Assembly: GCF_000150275.1 (NCBI RefSeq)
Contig: NW_002060970.1
Span: 456,197 to 520,196 of the forward strand
Source of the DNA: Trichoplax adhaerens
Taxonomy: Eukaryota > Animalia > Placozoa
DNA: 64,000 nt
Direction of reading: 5' to 3'
Under the pieces are notes generated by a model. The model was not told the DNA's origin, did not search any database, and was given only the letters and a program-made list of their open reading frames with translations. This document shows, one piece after another, positions 13,720 to 27,065 of this stretch; the first letter of the stretch is position 1, and each line of letters starts with the position of its first letter. The position numbers and the translations under genes were made by a program.

Positions 13720-15034
13720 ACATAACTATTCTTTTCTTAAGAAAATTAGCAGTCATTTTTAGTAAGAATAAGTCAGATAATCTATATCATTCAAAATGAA
13801 GTCAAATAAAGCAAGAACTTTACTATTAATATCAGTATCAATACCATCCCCAGGCTGTTTCTGATCATCAAACCAAAGATTTTATAAAAATCTAGTATGT
13901 TCCTTGTAAAATTCGTATAATGAAGAGTTATTATATACCAGCGCATGTTATAAATTATAGACTTCTGTAGTTTAACGAATTGGTGGGTACAAGATAGCAA
14001 TATTGGTAAATAAAATTTGCGATACTTTCTTCTCTTTTATAATGGAAATATTCCGTATTTATTTCAGGTAGATGTTCTACTAATTGTTATCAAGGTATTT
14101 AAAGAAGATTTACAATTATCAGAACATTTGAAAATTTTGCATCTTAGCCTAAATATTCAAAAATTGAACTAATTTTAAATTGAAGTTGCAAAGTTTTTAT
14201 TTTCACTTATAGAACCTTATTTCACATGAAAGTAAATATAAAAGAAAACATACTATCTCTTAGTGGACACTTGATTTGGTGTAGAGCAACTAATACTGCG
14301 GTACTGTATATTTCGACTTTAATAAATAAATATATCACTAGCAATGGAATGCTTTGCTGTTTTTATACGCTATTCAGATAGCACCATGACAATATGAAAG
14401 AGACATTGAATTTGAATTTGAGAACCTACAATAGCTTTATAAACCAGGCTTTCTTTGTAGCTAGTATTTGCAGAATTATGCAGACAATGTAACAACTACA
14501 CAAATTGTTAGTAATAGGTCAAATAAATAATAAAAACTTAAAGATTACAGTAAATTGTAGGTAGAAACCGAAGCCTTTCTTTAACGGCCCTGAATAATTT
14601 CTTTACTGATTGTGTAATACAAGTCTAAAATTTGAAAATAAATATAAGTTTGACCCGTCGGGAATTCTACCGAATGTCTTATAATGCTATAAAATTCAAT
14701 GCTATATCTTTATTGCCGCTACCCAGTCTGTTAAGTAATTTATTGGCTAAATAACAATAATCTTGTTAGTTTAATATAAATTTTTAAACATATCTTCCAC
14801 AGTTGCTTAACTGACTATAAATTATGTTTCATCATGCCTATAATTCCATATAAGTGGTATCAATTTCTAGAACATTTATAGTCACTTTTATATATTTGCT
14901 TTGCTTATCTATAAGTACGTGTACTGTACTGGTGTAACTAAGTGTTGCAGTCCAAATTATCGTACCTGACTGCTGATATTAAGTACAGTACACTTACCAG
15001 CGGTTAAGTGTAACTATTCAGATTATCTTAGACT

Positions 15035-15619
15035 GACAATTTCGACTGCTTAATTTATTTAGTTAACTTCTAATTTGGATATACTGCCTTTTAATATAGC
15101 ATTGATTTTTTATGACAGTGACACAAATACACATACTGAATTAATAGTTATAATAGGGAATGCAAATCATCTACTTACAGTTCGAATCATTATGATTATA
15201 ACTTACTTATATTAGATTGTAAATTATCGTGGAAATGTTCTGTGATAGGACATATCGTAATCTGACTATTCTGTATTAGTCATCAAATATCTATGTTCGT
15301 AAATACTGTTGTCTGCATTAAGGGAACAGTAGCTAAATTTAATATCTAATTCAATAAATGATTTTATAGTTAATCGTACTAACTATGGCTCATGAACTAT
15401 TGAGGAATAGAATATAAATGCGGTATATCGTGTAATAAAGAGGATTTCTCAAACTTAGTGTTTAACGTAAAATGTATGAAGCGTTTAAGTCTTTGTGTAG
15501 TCTGCTAGTAGAGCAAAAGTGTTTGTGATAGTGCAGATATCGTTCCTTGATACGTGGTTCAAGGAATTGACTTATAGATCGTACATTACGCTATCTTGTT
15601 GCAAAGCTGTTTCGTAACA
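15035..15619 (+). mobile_element. LTR-like family F, copy 1
   Basis: Ends GTAACA; reverse-complement homolog at 60601-61190; 5' boundary approximate. Confidence 0.7.
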
Positions 15620-15917
15620 AGCTGTTAATTATGCAAATAAATAACATTAATTAATTATTATGGATTACGTAATGAAAAATTAGTACGGCACGTATTCATT
15701 AATATTACAATCTATGCAACTATCACAGAACCCATATATCTATTTTTTGCATAGCATCAAATTTCTCTTTTAATCACCAACTGTCTTTCTATTTATTGGT
15801 AAAAAAATTTTGGTAACTTTACGAGTACTACCAATTTTGCTCATTACTACGGTACAAAATATTAAATCGTCAATCATAGAATCATAAACTTGTATTCCAA
15901 ATTGGCACATTTTCATC

Positions 15918-17039
15918 ATGTCTACATCATCTTTCGATTTATGGACAACTGCGTTACCAGAAATTAATCATACTATTAATTCTTCAGAAAATAAATATAC
16001 GTTCAATCGATTCAACTTAATCCGAATTGTTCTACCATTTATAATTTTTCCGTCTATATTTGTTATTATAGCTAATTGCATGATTTGTTACGCTATTATC
16101 AAGAAAAAAGAGCTCCATACATCAACTTATTATCTGATGATAAATAGGGCAATCTCAGATTGTATGATCGTTATTTGGTCATCTGCCATAATTATTCTTC
16201 ACTATTACCTTGCTCTGACTAACACTTCCACATCTTTTCTAGCAATAACATGTAAAATTGCAATGTTTAGCGATGTGGCAGCCTTTACCGCTTCGACTTT
16301 CACACTAGCGGCTATTAGCATCGAGAGATACCATACAGTATTGCCTTCCAAGCCATTAAAGACTTCTTTCTTTAACACACCTTTAAAACTGCGGATGATG
16401 GCTGGATTTAGTTGGATAGCTGGTATATCAATGGCGTGGCCTTTAATTATTTTAACTAATGTTGATCCTAAAAATGCCTGGATATGTAATGTTGCTTATT
16501 TTGGACCCTCCTTTAATATCACATATGTTATGATTCTGTTTTGTATATCATTTCTATTACCAGCTATTCTAATTGCTATCAGCTATTTTAAAATAATCCA
16601 ATTCCTATATAGAAAAAACATCGTTCACTCCGATCAACAATATAGCCGTATCTTAGCCTTTCGACATAACCGTCAGCGCCATCTAAATACTATTAAAATG
16701 CTAATTCTAGTTACACTTGGATTTATGTCAACTTGCTTGCCCATTTTCTTAGCTTATATTGCTGTGTCATTCAGCAGAAGATCTTTGACAGATTATTTAA
16801 TACAGTTTAACCAAAACGAAACCTCATTAGTACAGTTAGGACTAATTTTTATTATAATATCATGCCTACTGAATCCTATAATCTACTTATATTATAATTA
16901 CACCATTCGCACTACAGTATTTACAAGCTGCTATCCAACTCATTGCAGCTGTATAATTACCAAGCCGAGAGGTGCCATAAAGCGCTCAGCTGTTCCGAAG
17001 CTAACAATTACTAGAGTCCTTGGAAGCTATGACAGCTGA
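15918..17039 (+). CDS. Intronless class A GPCR, 373 aa
   Basis: LHTSTYYLMINRAISD, SIERYH, TCLP, NPIIY; 7 TM pattern. Confidence 0.95.
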   Translation: MSTSSFDLWTTALPEINHTINSSENKYTFNRFNLIRIVLPFIIFPSIFVIIANCMICYAIIKKKELHTSTYYLMINRAISDCMIVIWSSAIIILHYYLALTNTSTSFLAITCKIAMFSDVAAFTASTFTLAAISIERYHTVLPSKPLKTSFFNTPLKLRMMAGFSWIAGISMAWPLIILTNVDPKNAWICNVAYFGPSFNITYVMILFCISFLLPAILIAISYFKIIQFLYRKNIVHSDQQYSRILAFRHNRQRHLNTIKMLILVTLGFMSTCLPIFLAYIAVSFSRRSLTDYLIQFNQNETSLVQLGLIFIIISCLLNPIIYLYYNYTIRTTVFTSCYPTHCSCIITKPRGAIKRSAVPKLTITRVLGSYDS

Positions 17040-17482
17040 ATAAAATTTAAATTTTAATGCTACGGGCAGGCATTATTGATTAATTACAAATTCCGCATTC
17101 AATTACCGTAAACATTTATTACTATTTTTTAATCCTATTAAAGACCTGTCAGAAAGTAGTCAGTATCATGATGTTGTAACTGCCGTGAATAAAATTTAAA
17201 TCCTTAAGAATGTTGTAATGCGCAATGGTTTTGATGGTAAATAATGTTATTATTGATGGATAAGCAAATATGGAGTAGCTGATTTAGGTACTGTAATGTT
17301 TTAGATAAATTGAAATCGGGCGATATGATAAATATAGATTTTTATTAATGAATCAATAGAATGAAATTGATTAAGGTCCATAGACAAGTATAAACAACTC
17401 ATTGAGCGTAGTTATTTAGCTGATAGGATAACAAATAGCATCTATCGCTTAACTAGCATTAAAGTTTGACATTGTACCAGTT

Positions 17483-18033
17483 TGTAATGTAACTAGTATT
17501 GTGACTGTAGACTGTTAGACATGTTTAGTATAATGTACGGTAGATATTTATCCTAAGAGATATTTGGTAGCTATATCTATAGACTGTAGTAGTATTGACT
17601 CTATGCTAGAGTACATATGACCAAGTACACTAAAGTGTTGAGTTACTAATAAGGCTATAGGTAAAAATAGAACTGTAAATTATATATTAGGATATGGTTA
17701 ATTCATTGTACTTTGGCTGGTGTAAATAATGTCTACATTAATACTGTAGTCGTATCCATATCGGATTAATGATGATCCGCAGTAAAATAGTCTTACTAAG
17801 AATAATTTAACTATGTGCAAAATAAGGTAAAAGGTTGCCATGCAGATTGTAGCTGCGAATGCTACGAAAAGTATAAAAGCATGCAACGTTAGATTATTCT
17901 GTTAGTTCGTCGTAGAAGTCTTTAGTAGTAGTATTCGGCTAGAGAGAGCTGTGTGTAGTTAATCTTTGTATAAGATTCAATAAAGCTCTTATTTTTTCTA
18001 AAATTTGGAATTTCGTGATCGGTATATATCACA
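17483..18033 (+). mobile_element. Solo LTR family A
   Basis: TGTAAT...ATCACA; perfect 5-bp TSD CAGTT; gtataaaa followed by aataaa. Confidence 0.92.
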
Positions 18034-20279
18034 CAGTTATTAAGGAAGTAATAAAAGTAATGTTGAATGCAGCTATGTAAAAAATTCGACAGAAACTTTT
18101 ATGAAGCCGATCAATATACTAATTTCTAACAATTTTCTGGGATGTTATTAAATGAATATGCGATAAAGATCTCTAAGTCTGGTAACAATAGCTTCTTTAA
18201 ATTAAAAAAATAAAGATTTCTCTCGTAACATTAAGAAGGAAGATACTATATATTACATAAGAGCGTATTGATCAAATATTAAAAATTGAGTATAAGCAGC
18301 AATTCTATGAAAGATAAATACATATAAAGGCCCATAAACCTTGAAAACTTTCTGGTATGTATACCAACGAAGTTTAATTAACTACAGACTAATAAAAATA
18401 GATATGCGACTACCTTATACACTGTTCTCTGACTTAAAAATTGACATCTAAGAATGAACATAGCAAAGAACCTTGCACTGTGCTAGTAGTGAAACATAAG
18501 CACGAAAGCACGGTATAGAAGAATACTTAAATGCACAACAGACAATCGATATTTCGATGAGAAATGTATAGTAAAAAATAAATAACATACCTTTCCATTC
18601 AAGAATTTTGTGATTTGTCATGATGATCAATTTCGCCATTATGAACTACTATTTAATATTGGAGGTAACAGCAGAGCAATAGATCATTATTCTAGGTGCG
18701 CAACGAGCGAATGTTGTATAAAACTATTCAGCAATATTGCAGCCCGTAGTTGAATGTATAAATGTTCAAGGAATTGACTTTCAAATTTTGCTAAAATTTC
18801 AAATAAAGCAGACACTTACAACCTTGAGCCTTTGGAATTTGAAGAACTTATACCGCAGTTTTGAATTATTTTATTATCTTTGAAATTTCTAATACAAGCC
18901 ACTAGTCATTTCTACATGTATGATAGATTTATATAGTCACGTTTAATAGTATTCTTATATATCGACACTGAGCCAATTATGTGATCGGTCATTTTCGATC
19001 GAATAAAATAGCTAATAGTTAGCTTTTAAATTACTACTCCTGACAGCATCAGACATCTGACGTATTTTTATAGATTTACCTGTATATAGAACTGGAACAA
19101 AATTTCAGTATGCCCTCCTTTGTGCATGAAGTAAAACTGGAGCCTTTGCCGTTGATCCTCGATCCATTATTTGTTTTGATCGTTTTTTTCAATTTCCTAG
19201 AAGCTATTTACTCGCTCGCTTATATAGACATTCGACTGTAGTTACAATTATAAGTAATCTTATATGACCTATCAATTTAAGTCCATCAACGGTAATCTAC
19301 GGTGAGCCTATCTCGAGACGAAACGATCGTAAAAACAAACTTCAACAGTTCCTTGGCACTGACATTATACCCATATTCTCATACATTAATTAATAAATAT
19401 ATAGATGAGATAGAAATATGGCGTTGTCGCACAATACAGGTATTTTGACCTTAAGTATGTACCATATTATATACAGAATACCGTACCACGCCTGGAGCAA
19501 CTAGAAGTAAAATCTTTCATGGTAGATGGAAAAGAAGATTTTTTAGATTACTTCCAGGGAGAACATACCTATAAAGTTTTTTCCAGTTGTTCTAACGCTA
19601 CAGATTACGACTAGTTTTTAATAAACATGCATGGCGTGCATTAAGCAACTAATATAACGATACCGTTTATTCGCATTATAGATTATATAACATATATATA
19701 TATATAATAAATAGTAAATTACCCGTTCAAACAAGCGGAAACATTAATATATAAAGCAATAAATTACAAAAAAAATTAATAGATAGGCAACCTATGTCAT
19801 GTCCCTGGATCCTGCTATATAAATAATTTCAGCTGATTACAGTAGTCTTGTTTTAGGGAATACATGGATATGTTGCTGTACAGAATTGTATGTCTAAATA
19901 AAGTAAATATTGATTGCGGCTAGTATGAACTAAGGATTAAAAGTTCATACTCTGCACCATGATTAGTACAGTGTACAACAGCATAGTTTTCTGTAAATAT
20001 CAATGTTCATATTTATTAGTGCATATCGTTACCGCATTGGAATATAGATGGTCCACTGTAAAAAGTTGATATTAACAATAATTTGAATACGTGTAAAAAT
20101 TAAGGTAGAAATAGGCTACGTTGATTGTAACTGCAATGCTACTAAGAGCTACGAAGAGTTACCGGGGGTATTTAAAAAGCAGTCAATTTTAGATTATCTA
20201 GTAGGTCTGCCTGGAAGTCTTTCCCATAGTTGTATTCGGATAGAGTAGAACTATGAGCCGATTGTCCTTGCGTAGAGAT

Positions 20280-21300
20280 CGAATAAAGTTTTAATTTTGT
20301 GATCAGTCATATCACAATCGATACGAGAGGAAGCCTAGTTAGATTGGCAAAAGGTATTGATAACATTAATATCCCTGAAGCTATTTTTTACGGTAAATTA
20401 CAAAATTAATTTTAAAACTTTCTTTTCAAGTAAACTTTGTTGTAGAATTAAATATTATCTTCATAATTTTATCTATTAGAGGTGTTACTGCTAAACCCGA
20501 TCTCTGGCCAATATAAGTGCGTATAATATATCATTAACTATCGTTTGTCTGTAAACTAGAGGAACTACTACTTTACTTTATCACAAAATTATAACGGAAA
20601 CACATTCGCTGAATTAAATTCTAATTTAAGAATGCTGTTCGCCTTAGTTTTCATCGTCGTGGAAATTATAAATTTTCTCTTTGCTCAAATTAGGCAGCTC
20701 ATTTTTGTTTGTTTGATAATAGTGATCAGTAAAAATAGTTTGTGTTCTTTAAATCCAATTGGTTGAAAATAGCGGCAACTTTAATCTAATTGGTGCTGGA
20801 TTAAGTAGAATCCGCTATTTAATCAGGTACCGGAAATTACCATGATTATAAAAAATACATCGTCAAGCCAATCTAACTAGTAAACTTTGTTCTAGAAACA
20901 AAACAAGCCGTGGATACCTGCTGTTACAGGCATAAATGATTGAAGATAGGAAATTATTAGAGGATTCATAATTTAAGATAGTTCAATGCCAATGTTTTTA
21001 TCAAAAAATAGACAAGCTGAACTTAAAAATTGCAGTACTTAAATCTGTACTAGGACTTATTGATCTTCAGTCATCAGAAAGTGAAGGATAATATTCTATC
21101 CTGTAAAAGCCTTGAAATCGAAAGAAGTGATGTTAAATGGCTTCAAATCTATCGCTTCCTCAATAAATTAATCTAAAGTGATACACAAGTAAATCGTAAA
21201 GAGATAAAAACTTAACTAGAACGGTTAATTTATATCGTTACTAAATCACCAAGGTAATCTTGCATCCTGGAAGGCTGTGATCTGGTAAGTAATTGCTTTA
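20280..21300 (+). mobile_element. Possible heavily decayed Ty3/gypsy pol relic (RNase H to integrase Zn finger)
   Basis: Fragments in changing frames but in the expected order: AKPD, NISAYNI, TFAELN..MLFALVF, NLIGAGLSR, PWIP, KVKDNILSCKS, HPGRL*. Confidence 0.4.
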
Positions 21301-22245
21301 TAACAAAGGTCATCCCCAAGTAAACTTGTTCATAATAACTCTAGATTAAATTATTAATTTTTATTATTACTGCAAAAGCATATTGCGAAATCTTTGCAAG
21401 GATAGGAAGCCATATTTAATGAACTACAGACATCTTTGCCCTAGCTACAATATGAGCTTATTATACTGTTCTAGAAATTTGACATCGACGCCCTTCTAAC
21501 TCATTATAAAATAAATAGGTTTATCTTTGTCGTGCTTGTTATTTTTGTTATTTAGAGCTTAAAATAAATATAATATTGATTTATATGCTAAAGCTGCGAA
21601 ACTGGATTGAAATTAAAATAGTGATTAGGCATATTACATAATTTAATTCAATTCGTTTTCATTTGATTTTTAATTGTTTAAATATTATAAGAAGACTAAT
21701 CCAGATTACCTACCAATGAATTATCTAAACTCGGATTAAAGGGCATTATTACTTAGAGCCTTAATTGTAAAAAGCCTGTTAATTAATTAATTTATTGCTA
21801 CCATTTGCAATTCTATAGATGGCATCCTTTCTTTTTTTACAAACACTTGCTTTATTTATCACCTGTTCTATATATTGTTTTAAAGATTATTTAAGAAACA
21901 TAAGGTATGTGTTAAAGAATAATTAATTAGCAGACGTTAATAATTTAGCATTAAATACTGGAATGTATTTTCAAGTGAAATACAGCTATAGAAATACATC
22001 TCCTTTAATTCATAAAACCCAAGTTCTGACCTAATTTGAAAGCTTTTTAATTTTTACCTAAATCAATGAGGAGGTATAGTATTACTTTCTAGTTTTCATG
22101 ACCTTACCAATATTTTCTTAAAATTAATCCATCTATGTAATCTTTATTAACAGTTAAAGTATAACTTCAGGGTTGAAATAGCTACCCTTCACATCAAATA
22201 TTTTTACTGGGATAACAATTTCAAAATTACATATATTGATCCATT

Positions 22246-23385
22246 ATGTTAACGACGATTCATCGAACTTTAAGAACAATATCCAACTATTTTAATCAAA
22301 CTGAAAACTCAACAACTAACCAGTTTGCCTTAAGAAAATATCGAGCGCTACAAATTATACTACCCATTTCCATTATAATAGCTGTTCTTGGTACAATAGC
22401 AAATTCTCTAATTTGCTTTGCTATCGTCAAAAAAAAGGAACTTCATACACCAACTTGTTACTTGATGATCAATATGGCTATCTCAGATTGTCTGACTGTC
22501 ATTATGACGGCGCTAATTAATACAATTCATTACTACTTAGCTTGTTATATTGCATTCTCTTCATTTCTTGTATTTACTTGTAAAATTACCTATTTTGTAA
22601 ACGCAATAGCCTATATTTCATCAACAGTTACTCTAGTAGCTATAAGCTTGGAAAGACATTCCAAAATATCACCTTTATCAATGCAGAAAAGTTCTTTCTT
22701 TAATAATACGTTTAAACTAAAGGCAGCAATTGCCTTTACTTGGATAGCGGGAATAGTAATTGCAATTCCTTATCTTACTTTAGTCAGTATTGTGCCTCAA
22801 AATCCGTGGATTTGTAGCATTAATTATATCACGCCAACATTTAATATTCCTTACTTTATAAGTCTATTCATTTTAGTCTTTATAGTTCCTAATATTATCA
22901 TCATTGCAATGTATAGTAGAATTATTCGATACTTGAATCAGAATAATGCAGCTCAAAGAAACCAGCCATCATTTCAACGCATATTTAAGCATAAAAGAAA
23001 GATGCATTGTGATACTATCAAGATGTTGATATTGGTTACTGCAGGGTACATGATAACCAGTCTACCTATATTTATCGCGTATATTATGATAGCTTTCAGT
23101 GGTTTAAATTTGGTGGATTATATCATTCATTTAAATGATATGCAAACTAGCGTAGCTCAAATTGCTTACATAATTTTGCCATTAGCCTGTTGTCAAAACC
23201 CGCTAATTTATCTTTATTATAATAAAGCCATTCGTAATGCATTATCATCACAAATACGTCGATTGTATAATCGACTAACAGCAAAAGTAGATATTAATAA
23301 CAATCGTAAGTATCCTAAGTCTCACAAGATCTTGAAAGTTGCAGAGGTAGGACAAACTGAAATGAAACCCATCAATGTAAAATGA
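22246..23385 (+). CDS. Intronless class A GPCR, 379 aa
   Basis: LHTPTCYLMINMAISD, SLERHS, TSLP, NPLIY. Confidence 0.95.
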   Translation: MLTTIHRTLRTISNYFNQTENSTTNQFALRKYRALQIILPISIIIAVLGTIANSLICFAIVKKKELHTPTCYLMINMAISDCLTVIMTALINTIHYYLACYIAFSSFLVFTCKITYFVNAIAYISSTVTLVAISLERHSKISPLSMQKSSFFNNTFKLKAAIAFTWIAGIVIAIPYLTLVSIVPQNPWICSINYITPTFNIPYFISLFILVFIVPNIIIIAMYSRIIRYLNQNNAAQRNQPSFQRIFKHKRKMHCDTIKMLILVTAGYMITSLPIFIAYIMIAFSGLNLVDYIIHLNDMQTSVAQIAYIILPLACCQNPLIYLYYNKAIRNALSSQIRRLYNRLTAKVDINNNRKYPKSHKILKVAEVGQTEMKPINVK

Positions 23386-26300
23386 GATCAAGATGATGGT
23401 ATTATATGGCTTCAATGGCATTATGAACACATTACACCTTTTTTTTAAGTTACTTTAAGTTGCATGCATGGCCTTAAATCAGTTGTAATACTAAGTTCAA
23501 ACAAATACAAGAAGAAATTGTGCAATGCACCTTAACCAAATTTGGTTACTTCTAAGGTTTCTTGCTCTAATTCACAGCTAAAACAAATTCATTTCACTTC
23601 AATAAATTTACATAATTTTTACCAAGCAATTGCACCACATTACTTTCCGAAATTAAATATCTATTCCTTGCGCTTTGTATACATATCCGTTTTTTGACAA
23701 GCATCTAAGCGTTCATATTTAATTTATTTAATTAAATAATCAGCCACGAGATCGTGATGCTAGACGACTTTCAAATTGGAAAGCAGAGAAATAAACATAC
23801 TCGTAGCTTATTTATCATCGTCGAGTAGCTAAGTGATATAAGAAATTCTAGAAAACTGTCTATTATTATATCAGATTATGCTATTTATTTAAAGCTAACA
23901 TTTCTTTCAAATGATGAAACCAAAATTAATTATGTTAATATTTTAAACGTACTTTATGCCATCACTAAATACGAAAATTACTTTAATTTAATTATAGTAC
24001 GCACTGTTTAAATTTAGAAGTAAAGTTGCACTATTTATATGAAAACACGTTCATTTTTTTTGAGATATAATCTAAAAAATACGATTTGCATTCAAATAAA
24101 TTTTACTATTCATTGACGGTCGGATTATTGTATCGAACTATAACATTTAAATGAATGGGATAACTAGTACTGAATTACATATTCAGCTTAGAATATAGTA
24201 CGACTGTTTCATTTTTAATGTAGTATTTCTTCCAATGTTAAACAGTCCGAAAAAGCCGATTGAACATATAGCTCACTTGATACTTCAATTTAAAAGAGTA
24301 GTTTAATTCATAACTTTTATGATATACTTCGCGTTTAAATACCAAATGGGCCAACTTCCCTTTTAATAGCAAAGTTAGATTTTGATATTAATTAAAACTC
24401 GAATTATATCGATTAGTAGTCGATACTGTTGCAGATAGTCTAGCGGCTTTAATTTTCTTTCTTTCTATAACTGTATTATCAAGGTATGATCTTTCGCTTA
24501 GCAATTCAGTAGATAATGTAAATAATAATTGCTCTCAAAAGTACATCAGACTTATACATATGAAAGTCTAAGAAATGAGTTAATAGTAGGGCATAGCTAG
24601 TATAGTCTAGCCGAAATAAAAAATTAAGGATTATCGTTTGTATCAACAATACTTTAACTATTCCTATTAGCCTATAATATGTTAGTAAATACTTTTAGCT
24701 TATCATACATCAATATTATTATTGATATTCATTATTTTTATTATGAGCTATACTTTACATTCCCTTATATGTTACTAAATTTCCTATTTTTAATATTTTA
24801 TATCTGATTAAACAGCAGACCTTAGCATCTATGAGTTCCAAGAATAAAGAGTTGCTTTTAATAATAAAATCTAGGAATAAATTGATTAAATAATAAGGGT
24901 TATCATTCTGATGATAGTAAAATTATATAAGCAATATGATGCCGTAAAGAAAAAGTATCAAAGCTAGTTATTGGCTCTTTCTTTTAAAAAGAAATTATTT
25001 AACTTGTTTGTTAGCTTTTTCGAATGGCGTAGTATGTATTTGTTACATTAATAATTCAATTATCGACACGGTTTAAAGCATAAAACAAATAGCGCATCCT
25101 GTTTACTTCTTTGAATATATTGATTGCAGTTTTAAATTGATGAAGTAGAAATGCATATTAGCATAGCTCTTTCTTAATGAAATCTGTTCTGAAATTGATT
25201 ACAAATATACCGCTCAATTTCGGCTGCTAAAAATCTTTAAGACAAAATGTTTGAATCTATATTGGAAAGATAATACTTTCAGTATACTGATTGCAATTAC
25301 GGCCTCCATAAGTATGAAATTATGAGAAAAGAAAAAGTTTAAACAAATGAAAACATAAATGCTAGATATATCAGTTATTCATAGGATAGGAAGTTAAAAT
25401 GCTTGTTACCTGAGTTCATTAAATATTAATGTTTATCGAGAAGTAAAAACTATAAACTTCTTGTTTACATCTTCGATTAACGTCATTAGCAATCTATTCT
25501 ATTCACATTTTTCGATTAATATTTAGCCCAAATCATAAACATTGTGATCCATGGACCAGTAATATTGAAGTTGCAGGAAGGTAATTTTTTTTGAAGGATT
25601 GCTTAACGCATAGTTATCGGAAAATAATAAACAGTGTTACTAAGATGACATACGCTTAGGAGGGTAATTAAACTCAATTTAATAGAGTTATAAGATCAAT
25701 GCCATCAGCACCATTTGTGGTAAAATTATCCAAGGTAGGATTAAAGGAGAGATTTTAAAAAGCATTTTTATCTTTTTTATGCATCATATGCGATTTTATT
25801 ATTTCTTCCGAGTTGCCCAACAGATTTCGATTCGGAAGTATTTTAAACTTTAATTGGCAATCTCTGGCAAATGCGTGTCTAAATACTCCGAGATTAATTG
25901 AGTAATGGTATCTTAAATTTTTATCGTGATAAACTATAGACCTCTATTAAGCATTTTACTAACTCTAGTTAACGTTGAAAAACTGAAAAAATTAAGCTAG
26001 CATTATTAGTCAAGCGTTTTTTTACAAGAAAAATTAAGGAAACATCTATTTCAGTTAGTACAAACTAAAATATATAGTAAATAAATGATAAGCTCAGGTG
26101 AACTACAAGCATACCTTAAATTTATTAAGGAGTCGTTAAAAATAGCTACTTTGGGAGATTCTTAAATTCATCTCGTATACATTGTAGAAACTAAACGCTA
26201 TATGAATTAATAAGGTATACTGCATACTGCGATAGTAGGAGATACTCCTATACTTTTGAATAACTATAATAATTTTTATCTCTCTCGGTCAATGTAAAGT

Positions 26301-26659
26301 AGGAATTAAACTTATAGACATCGATCTTCCATTGTGTATTTTTCTCTACGAAGCAATCAGATCTATTAATTTAAGTTATTACAATTAAACTAAATATCTA
26401 ATTTCTACTCTAATGCGCACTTTTAATCCATGAGAAGGCGTAGTTTATACGCAATGCGCTAATGTGATTGATAACTCCTATGTAGAGGAACAATTGATGA
26501 TAATTTATATAAGTTGTATAGAATTGTTATCGTGATTATCCGGTTTATCTTAGCTATTTTCGACTATTATTATGATGGGAAGAAATTGGAATTCTTCTCC
26601 GACGGACGACACACGGACGTTAATAAACTTAACTTTAACAAGTCAATTATACGGTGTTA

Positions 26660-26870
26660 ACTATTTTGTGTTACATTAGGGATTTGCTCGATTTTAAAAA
26701 CTAAGAATTTTGAGTTGACTGATTACGAAGCTAAGGCTAACAACTCGTACACTACATAATTTGGTGCTGTGAGTAAACAGACTATTTTGTGTCACATCAG
26801 GGATTTGCTCGATTTAAACAACTCAGAATTTTGAGTTGACAGATTACTTAGGCTAACAACCCGTACACTA
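26660..26870 (+). repeat. Tandem duplication of ~120 bp within a dispersed repeat
   Basis: actattttgtgt.acat.agggatttgctcgattt...cgtacacta occurs at 26660 and 26781. Confidence 0.9.
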
Positions 26871-27065
26871 AATCAGTTAATAGATATTCTGAAGTTTATG
26901 TAAACAAGATACTGTAGCGATAATAATTTTGTGCTATTAGAATTTTTGATGCATTCTATGTCCAACTGTCTATTTATGAGGCTTTTTAAAGTTATAGCGA
27001 ATTAATTGGCATTGTGTAAATAGGAAAGTATTACAAAAGTGTAACTCTAGTAGTTTCTCAAAGTA

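Noticed and set aside
19692-19707. (AT)n run
   Set aside because: Trivial short microsatellite
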